Shown here in pieces: positions 18,615 to 27,228 of a DNA stretch of 64,000 nt. The stretch comes from Bacteroidales bacterium. Lineage in GTDB: Bacteria > Bacteroidota > Bacteroidia > Bacteroidales > DTU049. The position numbers were made by a program, and so were the translations under genes. The DNA is taken from assembly GCA_026418905.1 (NCBI GenBank), contig JAOAAK010000014.1, forward strand, positions 6,231 to 70,230, written 5' to 3'. Under the pieces are notes generated by a model. The model was not told where the DNA came from, ran no database searches, and saw only the letters and a list, made by a program, of their open reading frames with translations. The number at the start of each line of letters is the position of its first letter. Positions within the stretch are counted from its first letter, which is position 1.

Positions 18615-20540
18615 TCATAGGATTTTTATTTGGGTTCGACGGTTACGGGCTCTACCTTCGGGGGTGTCGTTGGTGTCAATCGGGTAAAGGTCAGCGTAAC
18701 CCTTATAACTCATACGGTTCCTATCGATTCCTTTTGAAACAAGATATTCATAAACGGCTTTAGCACGGTTTTCAGATAGTTTCATGTTATGTTCGCGAGA
18801 TCCAACATTGTCTGTATGTCCCTGAATTTCAATTCGAAGTGAAGGATTTTTTTTGAGGAATTCTACTAGTTTGTCAAGTTCCGGATAACTTTCAGGCTTT
18901 AATTCATATTTGTCAAAATCAAAAAAGACATTTGGTAAAACGAAAGTTTCTTCATGCTCGATAGGAGTTAAGTAGATATCTTTTACGTAAGGATCAGAAG
19001 CAGAGTTAACTCCAGAAAGGTCAAAATGCTCGGAATAAAAAAGATAGTTGTTGGCAGTGATATGCAAAGCGTATTGTTGACCTGTAGGTAATGCAAGAAG
19101 AAACTCTCCTTTAAGGTCCGAAAACGTAGCAGCAACTATTTCGTTTTTTTCAAGATGAATGAGCTCGAAGTAGGCTACCACCGGTTGATGAGTTTTTTTA
19201 TCAAATATTCTGCCTTTTAAAAAAGTTGTTAAAATAGGTCGAACCTCTTGAGGAAGCTCAAAGTAATAAATATCCATTAATGAGTCTTTGATTGACCCGC
19301 GAGCAAAATATGCTTTGTTTCCTGCTCCATTGACAAAAATAAAAGCTTCATCATTATAAGTGTTGATAGGGTAACCAAGATTTATGGGTTGTTCCCACGT
19401 ACTGTCATTTATTTTCCTGCTCAGAAATAAGTCAAAATTACCCATGCCGATGTGTCCACGTGAACTAAAGTACAAAGTAATTCCATCTGGATGTATATAA
19501 GGCCCTAATTCATCTTCGTCGGTGTTAATAGGGTAGGGTAAAGGAACGGGAGCAGACCATGTGCTATCTTCTTGCAGATGGGATACAAAAATATCCATTT
19601 GATGTTTAGAACCTTCTTTGTTCGTTTTTCTATTAGATACAAAATAAAGTGTTTTGCCATCGGCTGCAAGGCAAGGCTGTGAATCCCAAAAAGATGAGTT
19701 AATTTCTTTGATGTTTCGAGGTTTTGACCATTCTTTGCCATTCCATCTAGACATATAGATGTCACATGAACCTTTTCCATCAGGTCGATTGCAAGCGGTG
19801 AAAAACAAAAACTTGCCATCTGATGATATGGTCTGAGCACCTTCATTATAATAGGGAGAATTAATATTGGGACTAATAGGATAGGCTTTTTGCCATTTCC
19901 CGTTGAGCAAATGACTGGTATAAATGTCTTCTTGCTTGTTACCTTTAGGACATTCATTACATGGGAGCAATCGAGTAAAAATTATCTGTGACTCATCTAC
20001 TGTCAACGTGGGCATATATTCTGCATATTGATTTGAGTTGATAGCTTCAGGTAAAAGATTGGGATTAAAAGGTTTTGGATTTGCTATTTGAGAGAGAGCA
20101 AATTTCACTTTTTCGATGCCTTCATCAGCTTTTCTTGCCAAAATAGGGGATTTTTGATTGATGTTTTTAAATTGCTCATAATATGTAAGAGCTTTTTCAT
20201 ATTGCCCTATATTATAATACAATCTAGCTGTGGTTAGATAAAGATTTGGAAAGTAGTTTTGATCAATGGATAGTGCTTTTTCGTAATCTTGAATAGCTAG
20301 ATCAAATTCACGCAAAATTTCAAAACAATTTCCCCGCATGACGTATGCTTCGTAAAAATTCTTGCTTTTCTCTATGGCTTTAGAAAATAAATCCAATGCA
20401 TTTATCCAATTACCTTCATCAAAATGCTGCAATCCTTTCCGATAATACATGATTGCCTTACGATTACGTGTATGCAAATCTTGACTTTGCAATAATTGGA
20501 TGGCTACTAATAAAACAAAAACTTGAAAAAATACTTTCAT
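18615..20540 (-). CDS. TPR / PD40 (TolB-like) / OmpA-C domain outer-membrane protein
   Basis: Signal peptide, N-terminal TPR repeats, several repeats of the form DG..LYF.S.R.....DI(Y/F), and a C-terminal OmpA peptidoglycan-binding domain (GHTDNVGS...N..LS..RA..V..YL...RNRR). Confidence 0.8.
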   Translation of the reverse strand: MKVFFQVFVLLVAIQLLQSQDLHTRNRKAIMYYRKGLQHFDEGNWINALDLFSKAIEKSKNFYEAYVMRGNCFEILREFDLAIQDYEKALSIDQNYFPNLYLTTARLYYNIGQYEKALTYYEQFKNINQKSPILARKADEGIEKVKFALSQIANPKPFNPNLLPEAINSNQYAEYMPTLTVDESQIIFTRLLPCNECPKGNKQEDIYTSHLLNGKWQKAYPISPNINSPYYNEGAQTISSDGKFLFFTACNRPDGKGSCDIYMSRWNGKEWSKPRNIKEINSSFWDSQPCLAADGKTLYFVSNRKTNKEGSKHQMDIFVSHLQEDSTWSAPVPLPYPINTDEDELGPYIHPDGITLYFSSRGHIGMGNFDLFLSRKINDSTWEQPINLGYPINTYNDEAFIFVNGAGNKAYFARGSIKDSLMDIYYFELPQEVRPILTTFLKGRIFDKKTHQPVVAYFELIHLEKNEIVAATFSDLKGEFLLALPTGQQYALHITANNYLFYSEHFDLSGVNSASDPYVKDIYLTPIEHEETFVLPNVFFDFDKYELKPESYPELDKLVEFLKKNPSLRIEIQGHTDNVGSREHNMKLSENRAKAVYEYLVSKGIDRNRMSYKGYADLYPIDTNDTPEGRARNRRTQIKIL

Positions 20541-21151
20541 AGAATGTTGATATATTTATGTATTTGTAATGATAATCTCCACCTGGGATTCGTAAGGATG
20601 AATGAAACTATTTGAGGAATTACAATTTGTTTTTTAGACCACTCAGGCTGCAAGAAAAGCAAACAGTCTGAATGAAATTGATCCTGAATTTCGAGTGCAA
20701 AACGAAGATCATCTTGGTCGACCACAATGATTTTAATTTCATGAGCTAGCTGATAAAATTCAGGATGGATGGGATGCTTTCGCTTAGGACTACAGCAAAT
20801 CCAGTCGAATTTACCCGTAAGAGGTTCAGTTCCCGAAGTTTCTAAGTAAATCGTGAAATTATGTTGATGAAGTAGTGCGGTAAGAGGTTGAAGATTCCAC
20901 TGAAGAGGTTCTCCTCCAGTAATAATGATGTCTTTAAGACCTGCTTTTAGGGATTCTTCAACAATTTTTTCAATGGGTACGAAAGGGTATAACTCAGCAT
21001 TTAGTCCTTCGGGAGTGTCACAAAAATGACAAGCCACATCACATCCTGCTAAACGTACAAAGAAAGCTGCTTTTCCCGTATGAAAGCCTTCTCCCTGTAA
21101 GCTTTTAAAAGTCTCTATAAGTGGTAAATAGTGTCCATTGAACCGATCCAT
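20537..21151 (-). CDS. queE: 7-carboxy-7-deazaguanine synthase (radical SAM)
   Basis: F.SLQGEG motif and CDVACHFC (Cx3Cx2C). The ATG at 21151 is preferred over the TTG at 21157. Confidence 0.85.
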   Translation of the reverse strand: MDRFNGHYLPLIETFKSLQGEGFHTGKAAFFVRLAGCDVACHFCDTPEGLNAELYPFVPIEKIVEESLKAGLKDIIITGGEPLQWNLQPLTALLHQHNFTIYLETSGTEPLTGKFDWICCSPKRKHPIHPEFYQLAHEIKIIVVDQDDLRFALEIQDQFHSDCLLFLQPEWSKKQIVIPQIVSFILTNPRWRLSLQIHKYINIL

Positions 21152-21207
21152 GCACAAAATTAAATTGTTTTTTTGATTAAGCGTTTTTCATGTTGGATGA
21201 GATTTCA

Positions 21208-21215
21208 TACTTTTG
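21208..21215 (+). promoter_or_regulatory. Bacteroidota -7 promoter box (TAnnTTTG)
   Basis: tacttttg, 9 nt upstream of the ATG at 21225. It overlaps the ORF-track TTG start at 21213, which argues against that start. Confidence 0.45.
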
Positions 21216-21224
21216 CAAAAAAGC

Positions 21225-21977
21225 ATGGAAGCGTTAAAAGCCATTCTCGAACACCGTTCTGTACGAAAATACAAGCCCGATCCTATTCCAACTGATATTC
21301 TCTTATCTATCATTGAGGCATCGTTACGTGGAGCTAACACTGGTAATATGCAGTTATACAGTGTTGTCGTGACCACCGACCCACAGATCAAAGAAAAACT
21401 TCTTCCACTTCACTTTAATCAAATCATGGTGAAAGAAGCGCCTGTGTTAATCACTTTCTGCGTTGATATTTACAGATTTTCTCGATGGTGTGAGCTTTCT
21501 GATGCCGAGCCAGCTTTTGATAATTTTTTGATGTTTATGTTAGCAACGATTGATGCTACGATTGTAGCTCAAAATTGCGTTGTTCTTGCAGAAAGTTTTG
21601 GCCTTGGCACGTGTTACCTGGGGACAACGCTCTACAATGCTCAGGAAATGGCACAGGTCTTAAATCTCCCACAAGGTGTTTTCCCACTGATTGCTCTTAC
21701 GATGGGATATCCTGTTGAGTTACCAGCCAAAACAGATAGACTACCATCAAGTGCTGTTATTCATCAAGATACTTATCGCTTACCTTCCGATGATGAAATA
21801 AAATCTTATTTTGCTGAAAAAGAAAACGACCCACTTTATCAACAGTACGTTAGAGAAAACAACTTACAAAACCTTGCTCAAGTTTTTACCAAGGTTCGAT
21901 ACAAGGAAATCGACAACATATCATTTTCTAAAAAATTGCTCACCGCCTTGCTTAAGATGGGCTTCATGAATCAGTAG
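21225..21977 (+). CDS. Nitroreductase-family NAD(P)H oxidoreductase (NfsA-like)
   Basis: N-terminus LEHRSVRKY, and nitroreductase fold motifs including ESFGLGTCYLG. Confidence 0.8.
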   Translation: MEALKAILEHRSVRKYKPDPIPTDILLSIIEASLRGANTGNMQLYSVVVTTDPQIKEKLLPLHFNQIMVKEAPVLITFCVDIYRFSRWCELSDAEPAFDNFLMFMLATIDATIVAQNCVVLAESFGLGTCYLGTTLYNAQEMAQVLNLPQGVFPLIALTMGYPVELPAKTDRLPSSAVIHQDTYRLPSDDEIKSYFAEKENDPLYQQYVRENNLQNLAQVFTKVRYKEIDNISFSKKLLTALLKMGFMNQ

Positions 21978-22647
21978 TTTTACGAAAGACATATATATAT
22001 ACAATACCTGCTGAAATTTTTTTGCATTCAACTAAGTTAAAACCAATCTCTTCTATATACGGTATTAGTCTTTCTCCATATGGAAAATTAATGACTGATG
22101 TTTTTAAATGCATATATTCTTTCTCATATGGTGTGAAAAGCTCTACAATTTTGGGAAGAATTTTAGAAAAGTAAAACATGTACATTTTTTTAAGCCACGT
22201 GTTGGTGGGGAACCCAAATTCCATGATTACAAAGACACCATCATTTTTCAATATTCTGCGAATTTCATGAAGACCTTTTTGATAATTTTCAAAATTGCGA
22301 ATTCCGAACGCACAAGTAGCAATATCGAACGATTCGTCAGGTAGAGGTAGTGACTCTGCTGGTGCCAGAATAGTCTCTGCACAACATCGGTGATGTTCAA
22401 ATTTCTTTTGAGCAATTTTTAACATTTCCAAAGAAGGATCAACAGCCAGGATGGATGATTTCAGTTTACAAAGTTCAAGGGTTAGATCTCCCGTTCCGCA
22501 TGCAACATCTACAATTTTATTATGAGGAAATTGAGATACTATTTTTCTACATTTTTTACGCCAACGCTTATCCTGATAGAATGATAGAATATGGTTAAGC
22601 GTATCATATCTATGAGAAATTTTATCAAATATAGGAACCGTGTTCAC
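21964..22647 (-). CDS. menG: Demethylmenaquinone/ubiquinone C-methyltransferase
   Basis: FDKISHRYDTLNH...W(R)KK, SAM motif I VDVACGTGD, and C-terminal G...Y. The proposed GTG start at 22647 forms a GTGA overlap with the pdxH stop. The ORF-track ATG at 22770 would overlap pdxH by 127 nt. Confidence 0.75.
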   Translation of the reverse strand: MNTVPIFDKISHRYDTLNHILSFYQDKRWRKKCRKIVSQFPHNKIVDVACGTGDLTLELCKLKSSILAVDPSLEMLKIAQKKFEHHRCCAETILAPAESLPLPDESFDIATCAFGIRNFENYQKGLHEIRRILKNDGVFVIMEFGFPTNTWLKKMYMFYFSKILPKIVELFTPYEKEYMHLKTSVINFPYGERLIPYIEEIGFNLVECKKISAGIVYIYVFRKTTDS

Positions 22648-23273
22648 GGAGCAATTCTTTTTTTTATCCAGTTTTTCTCGTTCAATACGAATACGACTCT
22701 GTCGTGAAGTCGGTTTTCCATTCCTTGAAAAAACTCGAAATATTGGGGAGTTACTACAAAACCACCCCAATGAAAGGGACGAACAATGGAAGAATTTAAC
22801 TTTTTATAATTTTCATACTGTTCAATTAACCATTCTCGGGAAGGTATCTCTTTACTTTGCGGAGAAATCATAGCACTAACTTGACTATCGATAGGACGAG
22901 AATAAAAATATTTGTTCGATTCTTCGTCGGAAATTTTTTGAGCTATCCCTTCAATTCTTACTTGTCGAAAAAGTTGAGCCCAATAAAAAAGTAAACTGAC
23001 CTTTGGGTTATTTTCAATTTCCTGGCCCTTTCTACTTTGATAATTAGTAAAGAAATAAAACCCTGTTTGATCGTATTGTTTGAGGAGAACGATTCGGCTC
23101 GAAGGTTGACCATCAATACAGGTGGATAAGCTCATCGCATTAGGCTCATCTATACCAGCATGAATTGCATCTTGAAACCATTTATCGAAAAGAACAAATG
23201 GACAATTTACGTCGTCATCTATAGGTAAACCATCATATTCCCTACGGAGATGATTGATTTTTTCAAAGTCCAT
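22644..23273 (-). CDS. pdxH: Pyridoxamine 5'-phosphate oxidase
   Basis: RIVLLK, canonical C-terminus FW.G...RLHDR..F......W...R(I/L)AP. Confidence 0.9.
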   Translation of the reverse strand: MDFEKINHLRREYDGLPIDDDVNCPFVLFDKWFQDAIHAGIDEPNAMSLSTCIDGQPSSRIVLLKQYDQTGFYFFTNYQSRKGQEIENNPKVSLLFYWAQLFRQVRIEGIAQKISDEESNKYFYSRPIDSQVSAMISPQSKEIPSREWLIEQYENYKKLNSSIVRPFHWGGFVVTPQYFEFFQGMENRLHDRVVFVLNEKNWIKKRIAP

Positions 23274-24255
23274 AATATTCAGAAGCTTTAAGGAAGAATT
23301 TTTCAGCGGGGACGGGCACCACGCCCACGTATTCGCAAACTATACCGGCAGCTAAATTGCTAAGGCAAGCTGTTGTGAGTGGATCGAGTCTACTAGCAAG
23401 TCCAAGGGCACAAGTAGCTATTACCGTATCCCCAGCTCCAGAAACATCCGCTACCTGCTTGGCTTCGCTATATATGTGTTTGTTGATGACTTCTCCATTT
23501 TGATCGTAGGATAGAAGCATTCCATCTTCACCCAAGGTGAGGAGAAATTGACCAATGTTTTGCTTTCTCCTGAATTCGAGAACATCATGAATTAATGCTT
23601 CGACTTTTTTTGTAAGAGGCTTATTTAGCGCTTCTTTAAACTCTTTAAAATTGGGTTTGAAAAGAGTGACGTCTTGATAATCAAAAAAATGTTTTCTTTT
23701 AGGATCTACCAAGGTCGGAATTCCCTGTTGCCTTGAAAGATAAATGACTTCCTTGATGATATCGGGTATTAAAACACCCTTGTCGTAATCTTGAAAAACT
23801 ACAGCGTCAATTCGAATAGTGTTGAAAATAGATTTGATCGTATCTAGAAAAAGCTTAGCATCGTGATAAGAAATATCATAAGTACTCTCTTCATCCACTC
23901 TAAGCATTTGCACATTATTACCTATAATTCTAAATTTGGTTGTGGTTTTTCTTCCGTCGGATGAATGTATAATTCCAAGGGAGGATAATTCATTTTCTTT
24001 GAGCAGTTGTAGAAATATTTGAGATTTGTCATCTCTACCAATAACAGAGGCAAGTATGGCATTTCCACCTAAGGATTTGATATTTAATGCTACATTGGCT
24101 GCTCCACCTAGTCTGTTTTCTCTACGTTCTACTTCAACTATGGGAACTGGAGCCTCTGGTGAAATGCGCTCAACTTTTCCCCAAATATACGTATCTATCA
24201 TAACATCACCAAGAACAAGAATATTTTTGTTGTAGAAAATTTGTTGTAATTTCAT
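23263..24255 (-). CDS. D-glycero-beta-D-manno-heptose-7-phosphate kinase (HldE/RfaE domain I, stand-alone)
   Basis: ILVLGDVMIDTYIWGKVERISPEAPVPIVEV...RLGGAANVALN, and the pfkB C-terminal motif DVSGAGDTV. Confidence 0.8.
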   Translation of the reverse strand: MKLQQIFYNKNILVLGDVMIDTYIWGKVERISPEAPVPIVEVERRENRLGGAANVALNIKSLGGNAILASVIGRDDKSQIFLQLLKENELSSLGIIHSSDGRKTTTKFRIIGNNVQMLRVDEESTYDISYHDAKLFLDTIKSIFNTIRIDAVVFQDYDKGVLIPDIIKEVIYLSRQQGIPTLVDPKRKHFFDYQDVTLFKPNFKEFKEALNKPLTKKVEALIHDVLEFRRKQNIGQFLLTLGEDGMLLSYDQNGEVINKHIYSEAKQVADVSGAGDTVIATCALGLASRLDPLTTACLSNLAAGIVCEYVGVVPVPAEKFFLKASEYYGL

Positions 24256-24983
24256 GTATATTTTTTTACACGTTCAACATAATTACGTAAGATTTCTTCT
24301 GGATTTGAAAAGTTTTGCAGCATCCAGTGAACAAGAATTTTCTTCTGTTCTGAATCAGGCAATCCTCGTCGTATTCCATTTTTAATCATTTTTTGAGTCA
24401 ATATTTCTAGAGCTATGGCAGCTGAAACTGAAACATTATAACTTCTCGTAAACCCATACATAGGAATAATTGTTCTGACATCAGCCATTTCGATAGCTTG
24501 GTTACTAAGTCCGTCTTTTTCTGTGCCAAAAACAATGGCGATAGGCTGGTTTATTTCAATTTGGTGGAGAGGGATGGCATCGTCGGCAAGTGTGGTAGCA
24601 ACGATTTTGTATCCATGTTTTTTCAAATTTTGGTAAACTTCTTTGATAGCGTTTTGTTCACTGAATTTCGCTATCGTAAGCCATTTATCTGCTCCAAGGC
24701 AAATTTCTTCATTAGGTGAAAATACATTTTTATTTTCTATTACGTATACGTATTGAATTCCATAACCATCACATGTTCGCAGTACAGCACTAGCATTATG
24801 ACCTTGATAGATGTCTTCAAGTACAACAACAATATGATTCGTTCTTTGTGAAAGAACCTTTTTCATTCGCTGGACTCGCTCGTGTGTTAATAAAGATTGT
24901 AAGTAATGTATAAAATCATCCCATTCAATAAAATCATCTTTCAGAAGATTGACGAGCATATTTCTAATTCTTTTGAGAGGCAA
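24252..24983 (-). CDS. SpoU/TrmH-family RNA 2'-O-methyltransferase
   Basis: SPOUT motifs NASAVLRTCDGYG, IVFGTEKDGLS and IPMYGFTRSYNVSVSAA. Alternative ATG at 24959. Confidence 0.8.
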   Translation of the reverse strand: MPLKRIRNMLVNLLKDDFIEWDDFIHYLQSLLTHERVQRMKKVLSQRTNHIVVVLEDIYQGHNASAVLRTCDGYGIQYVYVIENKNVFSPNEEICLGADKWLTIAKFSEQNAIKEVYQNLKKHGYKIVATTLADDAIPLHQIEINQPIAIVFGTEKDGLSNQAIEMADVRTIIPMYGFTRSYNVSVSAAIALEILTQKMIKNGIRRGLPDSEQKKILVHWMLQNFSNPEEILRNYVERVKKYT

Positions 24984-26001
24984 GGGTTGCTAAGCATAAT
25001 TGGTACAACAATCTACAAGACACTATTTCATCCCAATGATTAATAGGATCGTAACCAGTTTCCACAAGGTCAAAACCAACAATCGTTTTCCCTTGCTTCA
25101 CGATAGTGTCCAATAGATAGGTTACCTCGTCATACAACAATCCTCCAGGGACAGGTGTGCCTGTGTGTGGACATAGAGTTGCGTCTAGACCATCAATATC
25201 AAAAGATATATATATGTTTTCAGGTAATTGATCGACAATTTCTTGGGCAATGACATGCCAAGTTTTTCCAGTAAACTGTTCATACCTTATTTTCTTCATG
25301 AAAAAAGTTTTAATCTCATCGTGAGTTTGAATAAAATCCATTTCTTCTTGGCATAAATCACGAATTCCTACTTGTACCAATTTTTTAATACCAGAGTTAT
25401 TTTCTAAAACATTTCTCATTACTGAAGCATGAGAATGGGAGAAACCCATGTATGCTTTTCTTAAGTCGGCATGGGCATCAAATTGAAGTATTCCAAAATT
25501 TTGGTAATGAGAGGAGAGAAAGGAAATAGATGAGAAACTGATACTATGATCGCCTCCAACTAGAGCAGGGATTTTATTATCTTCAAATACTTTTTTTACC
25601 TTTTGGAACACGTAGGAATTGGTTTGATCACAAGCATCGTTAACCTCCTTTAATGCTTTTTTCAAGCGAGGTGGCAATTCACCTTCTTCATTTTCGAAGA
25701 AATCAATGATACTTCTAGCTTTTCGTCGTTCAATGGAGTTTACATCACTGATTTCTTCATCAATTTCCATCAAATATATTCCTTTTTCCCATACGTTGCC
25801 CCAGATTGGGTCGTATAGATCCAATTGGTAAGAAGCATCAAGAATGTTTTCAGGTGCTAAAGCAGAACCTTCCCTATAAGAGGTAGTAACATCCCAACAA
25901 ATGGGTATGAGAATTAATCGTGCGTTGTCGTAAGCAAAAGGGAGTCCAAAAATTCCTGCTTGTTTACTAAAATTGTTGCTAGGATTGAAATCAAAGAGCA
26001 T
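24964..26001 (-). CDS. Arginase-superfamily ureohydrolase (agmatinase/formimidoylglutamase-like)
   Basis: Mn-binding motifs GGDHSIS, FDAHADL and SFDIDGLD. Confidence 0.8.
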   Translation of the reverse strand: MLFDFNPSNNFSKQAGIFGLPFAYDNARLILIPICWDVTTSYREGSALAPENILDASYQLDLYDPIWGNVWEKGIYLMEIDEEISDVNSIERRKARSIIDFFENEEGELPPRLKKALKEVNDACDQTNSYVFQKVKKVFEDNKIPALVGGDHSISFSSISFLSSHYQNFGILQFDAHADLRKAYMGFSHSHASVMRNVLENNSGIKKLVQVGIRDLCQEEMDFIQTHDEIKTFFMKKIRYEQFTGKTWHVIAQEIVDQLPENIYISFDIDGLDATLCPHTGTPVPGGLLYDEVTYLLDTIVKQGKTIVGFDLVETGYDPINHWDEIVSCRLLYQLCLATLASQKN

Positions 26002-26008
26002 TTTTTTG

Positions 26009-26016
26009 CAAAGTTA
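26009..26016 (-). promoter_or_regulatory. Bacteroidota -7 promoter box (TAnnTTTG)
   Basis: The minus strand reads taactttg, 7 nt upstream of the ATG at 26001, implying a near-leaderless transcript. Confidence 0.4.
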
Positions 26017-26094
26017 CATGCTTTTGACTAAAAATGAACATGCACTTTTTTCAGAAAAATTTTTAAAAAAGATGAATTTGTATAAAAGAAAACT

Positions 26095-26102
26095 TATTTT
26101 TG
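26095..26102 (+). promoter_or_regulatory. Bacteroidota -7 promoter box (TAnnTTTG)
   Basis: tatttttg, 16 nt upstream of the ATG at 26119. Confidence 0.45.
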
Positions 26103-26118
26103 TAAAAATTTATTTGAA

Positions 26119-27222
26119 ATGGGGCTTTTCGACAAGATCAGAGGTGAATTTATAGATATTATTGAATGGTTGGATCCTTCGGAAGATACTATTGTATATC
26201 GTTTTCAACGATACAACAACGAAATTAAATATGGAGCAAAATTGGTTGTTCGTGAAACTCAAGTAGCTATTTTCATTAACGAAGGACAGTTTGCTGACGT
26301 GTTTCAACCTGGTACGTATACACTGGAAACTAAAAATCTTCCAATTCTTTCGACTTTACAGGGTTGGAAATATGGTTTCAACAGTCCATTCAAAGCTGAA
26401 GTTTACTTTGTCAATACAAAACAATTTCTCGATAAGAAATGGGGAACCAAGAATCCTATTATGATGCGGGATCCCGAACTTGGGGTTGTTCGTGTTCGTG
26501 CTTTTGGCAATTATTCATTCCGTATAACCGATGCTGTTAAATTTCTAAAGGAGGTGGTTGGAACACAAGGTGATCTTACAACTGAACAGGTAGAAGGTCA
26601 GATCAGGGATATTGTATTAACTCGTTTTACAGATTATATTGCTGAACAGAAAATACCTGTCCTAGACTTGGCTGCTAATTATAATGAGTTGTCTGGAGGT
26701 ATTCATAATCATTTGAAAGAAGAAATCGAAGAATATGGAATTCTTATTACTAAATTTTTGATCGAAAATATTTCCCTCCCGCCCGAAGTAGAAGCCATAC
26801 TTGATAAAAAAACGAGCATGAATGTCATTGGGGATATGAACCAATATGCTAAATTTCAAACGGCCAATGCTATTGGTGACCTAGCAAAAAGTGGTGGAGG
26901 GGGAGAATCAGCTGCAGGCTTAGGCATGGGAATGGGAGCAGGTTATGTAATGGCTAACCAAATGGGTCAAATGTTTAATCAAACGCAGACACCTAACCCT
27001 CAAACACCTCCTCCTGTAGCTCAATATTATTTTGTTGTGAATGGTCAACAGAATGGGCCATATGCTATCGACCAGGTTTCACAGCTTATTCGGCAAGGAA
27101 TTATTAAGCCCGATACACTTGCATGGACGCCTGGCTTACAGAATTGGGTGCCAGCATCTCAAATACCAGCTCTGAGCCAGCAATTCACTTTACAGCCACC
27201 GCCCATTCCACCTCAACCTTGA
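26119..27222 (+). CDS. SPFH/Band-7 protein of the YdjI (COG4260) type fused to a C-terminal GYF_2 domain
   Basis: N-terminus MGLFDKIRGEFIDIIEW...YRF.RY.NEIK.GAKL.VRE.Q.A.F.NEG...PILSTLQGWKYGFNSPFKAEVYF matches my memory of YdjI-like SPFH proteins. A Gly/Met/Pro-rich linker spans aa 258-301. Residues 302-352 (YYFVVNGQQNGPY...W.PGL..W) look like GYF_2/DUF4339. Confidence 0.75.
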   Translation: MGLFDKIRGEFIDIIEWLDPSEDTIVYRFQRYNNEIKYGAKLVVRETQVAIFINEGQFADVFQPGTYTLETKNLPILSTLQGWKYGFNSPFKAEVYFVNTKQFLDKKWGTKNPIMMRDPELGVVRVRAFGNYSFRITDAVKFLKEVVGTQGDLTTEQVEGQIRDIVLTRFTDYIAEQKIPVLDLAANYNELSGGIHNHLKEEIEEYGILITKFLIENISLPPEVEAILDKKTSMNVIGDMNQYAKFQTANAIGDLAKSGGGGESAAGLGMGMGAGYVMANQMGQMFNQTQTPNPQTPPPVAQYYFVVNGQQNGPYAIDQVSQLIRQGIIKPDTLAWTPGLQNWVPASQIPALSQQFTLQPPPIPPQP

Positions 27223-27228
27223 TTTTTC

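Noticed and set aside
21155-21162. A TAnnTTTG octamer (minus strand taattttg) just upstream of queE.
   Set aside because: It ends only 3 nt before the ATG at 21151 and overlaps the alternative TTG at 21157. That is too close for the expected -7 spacing, so I did not list it as a promoter.
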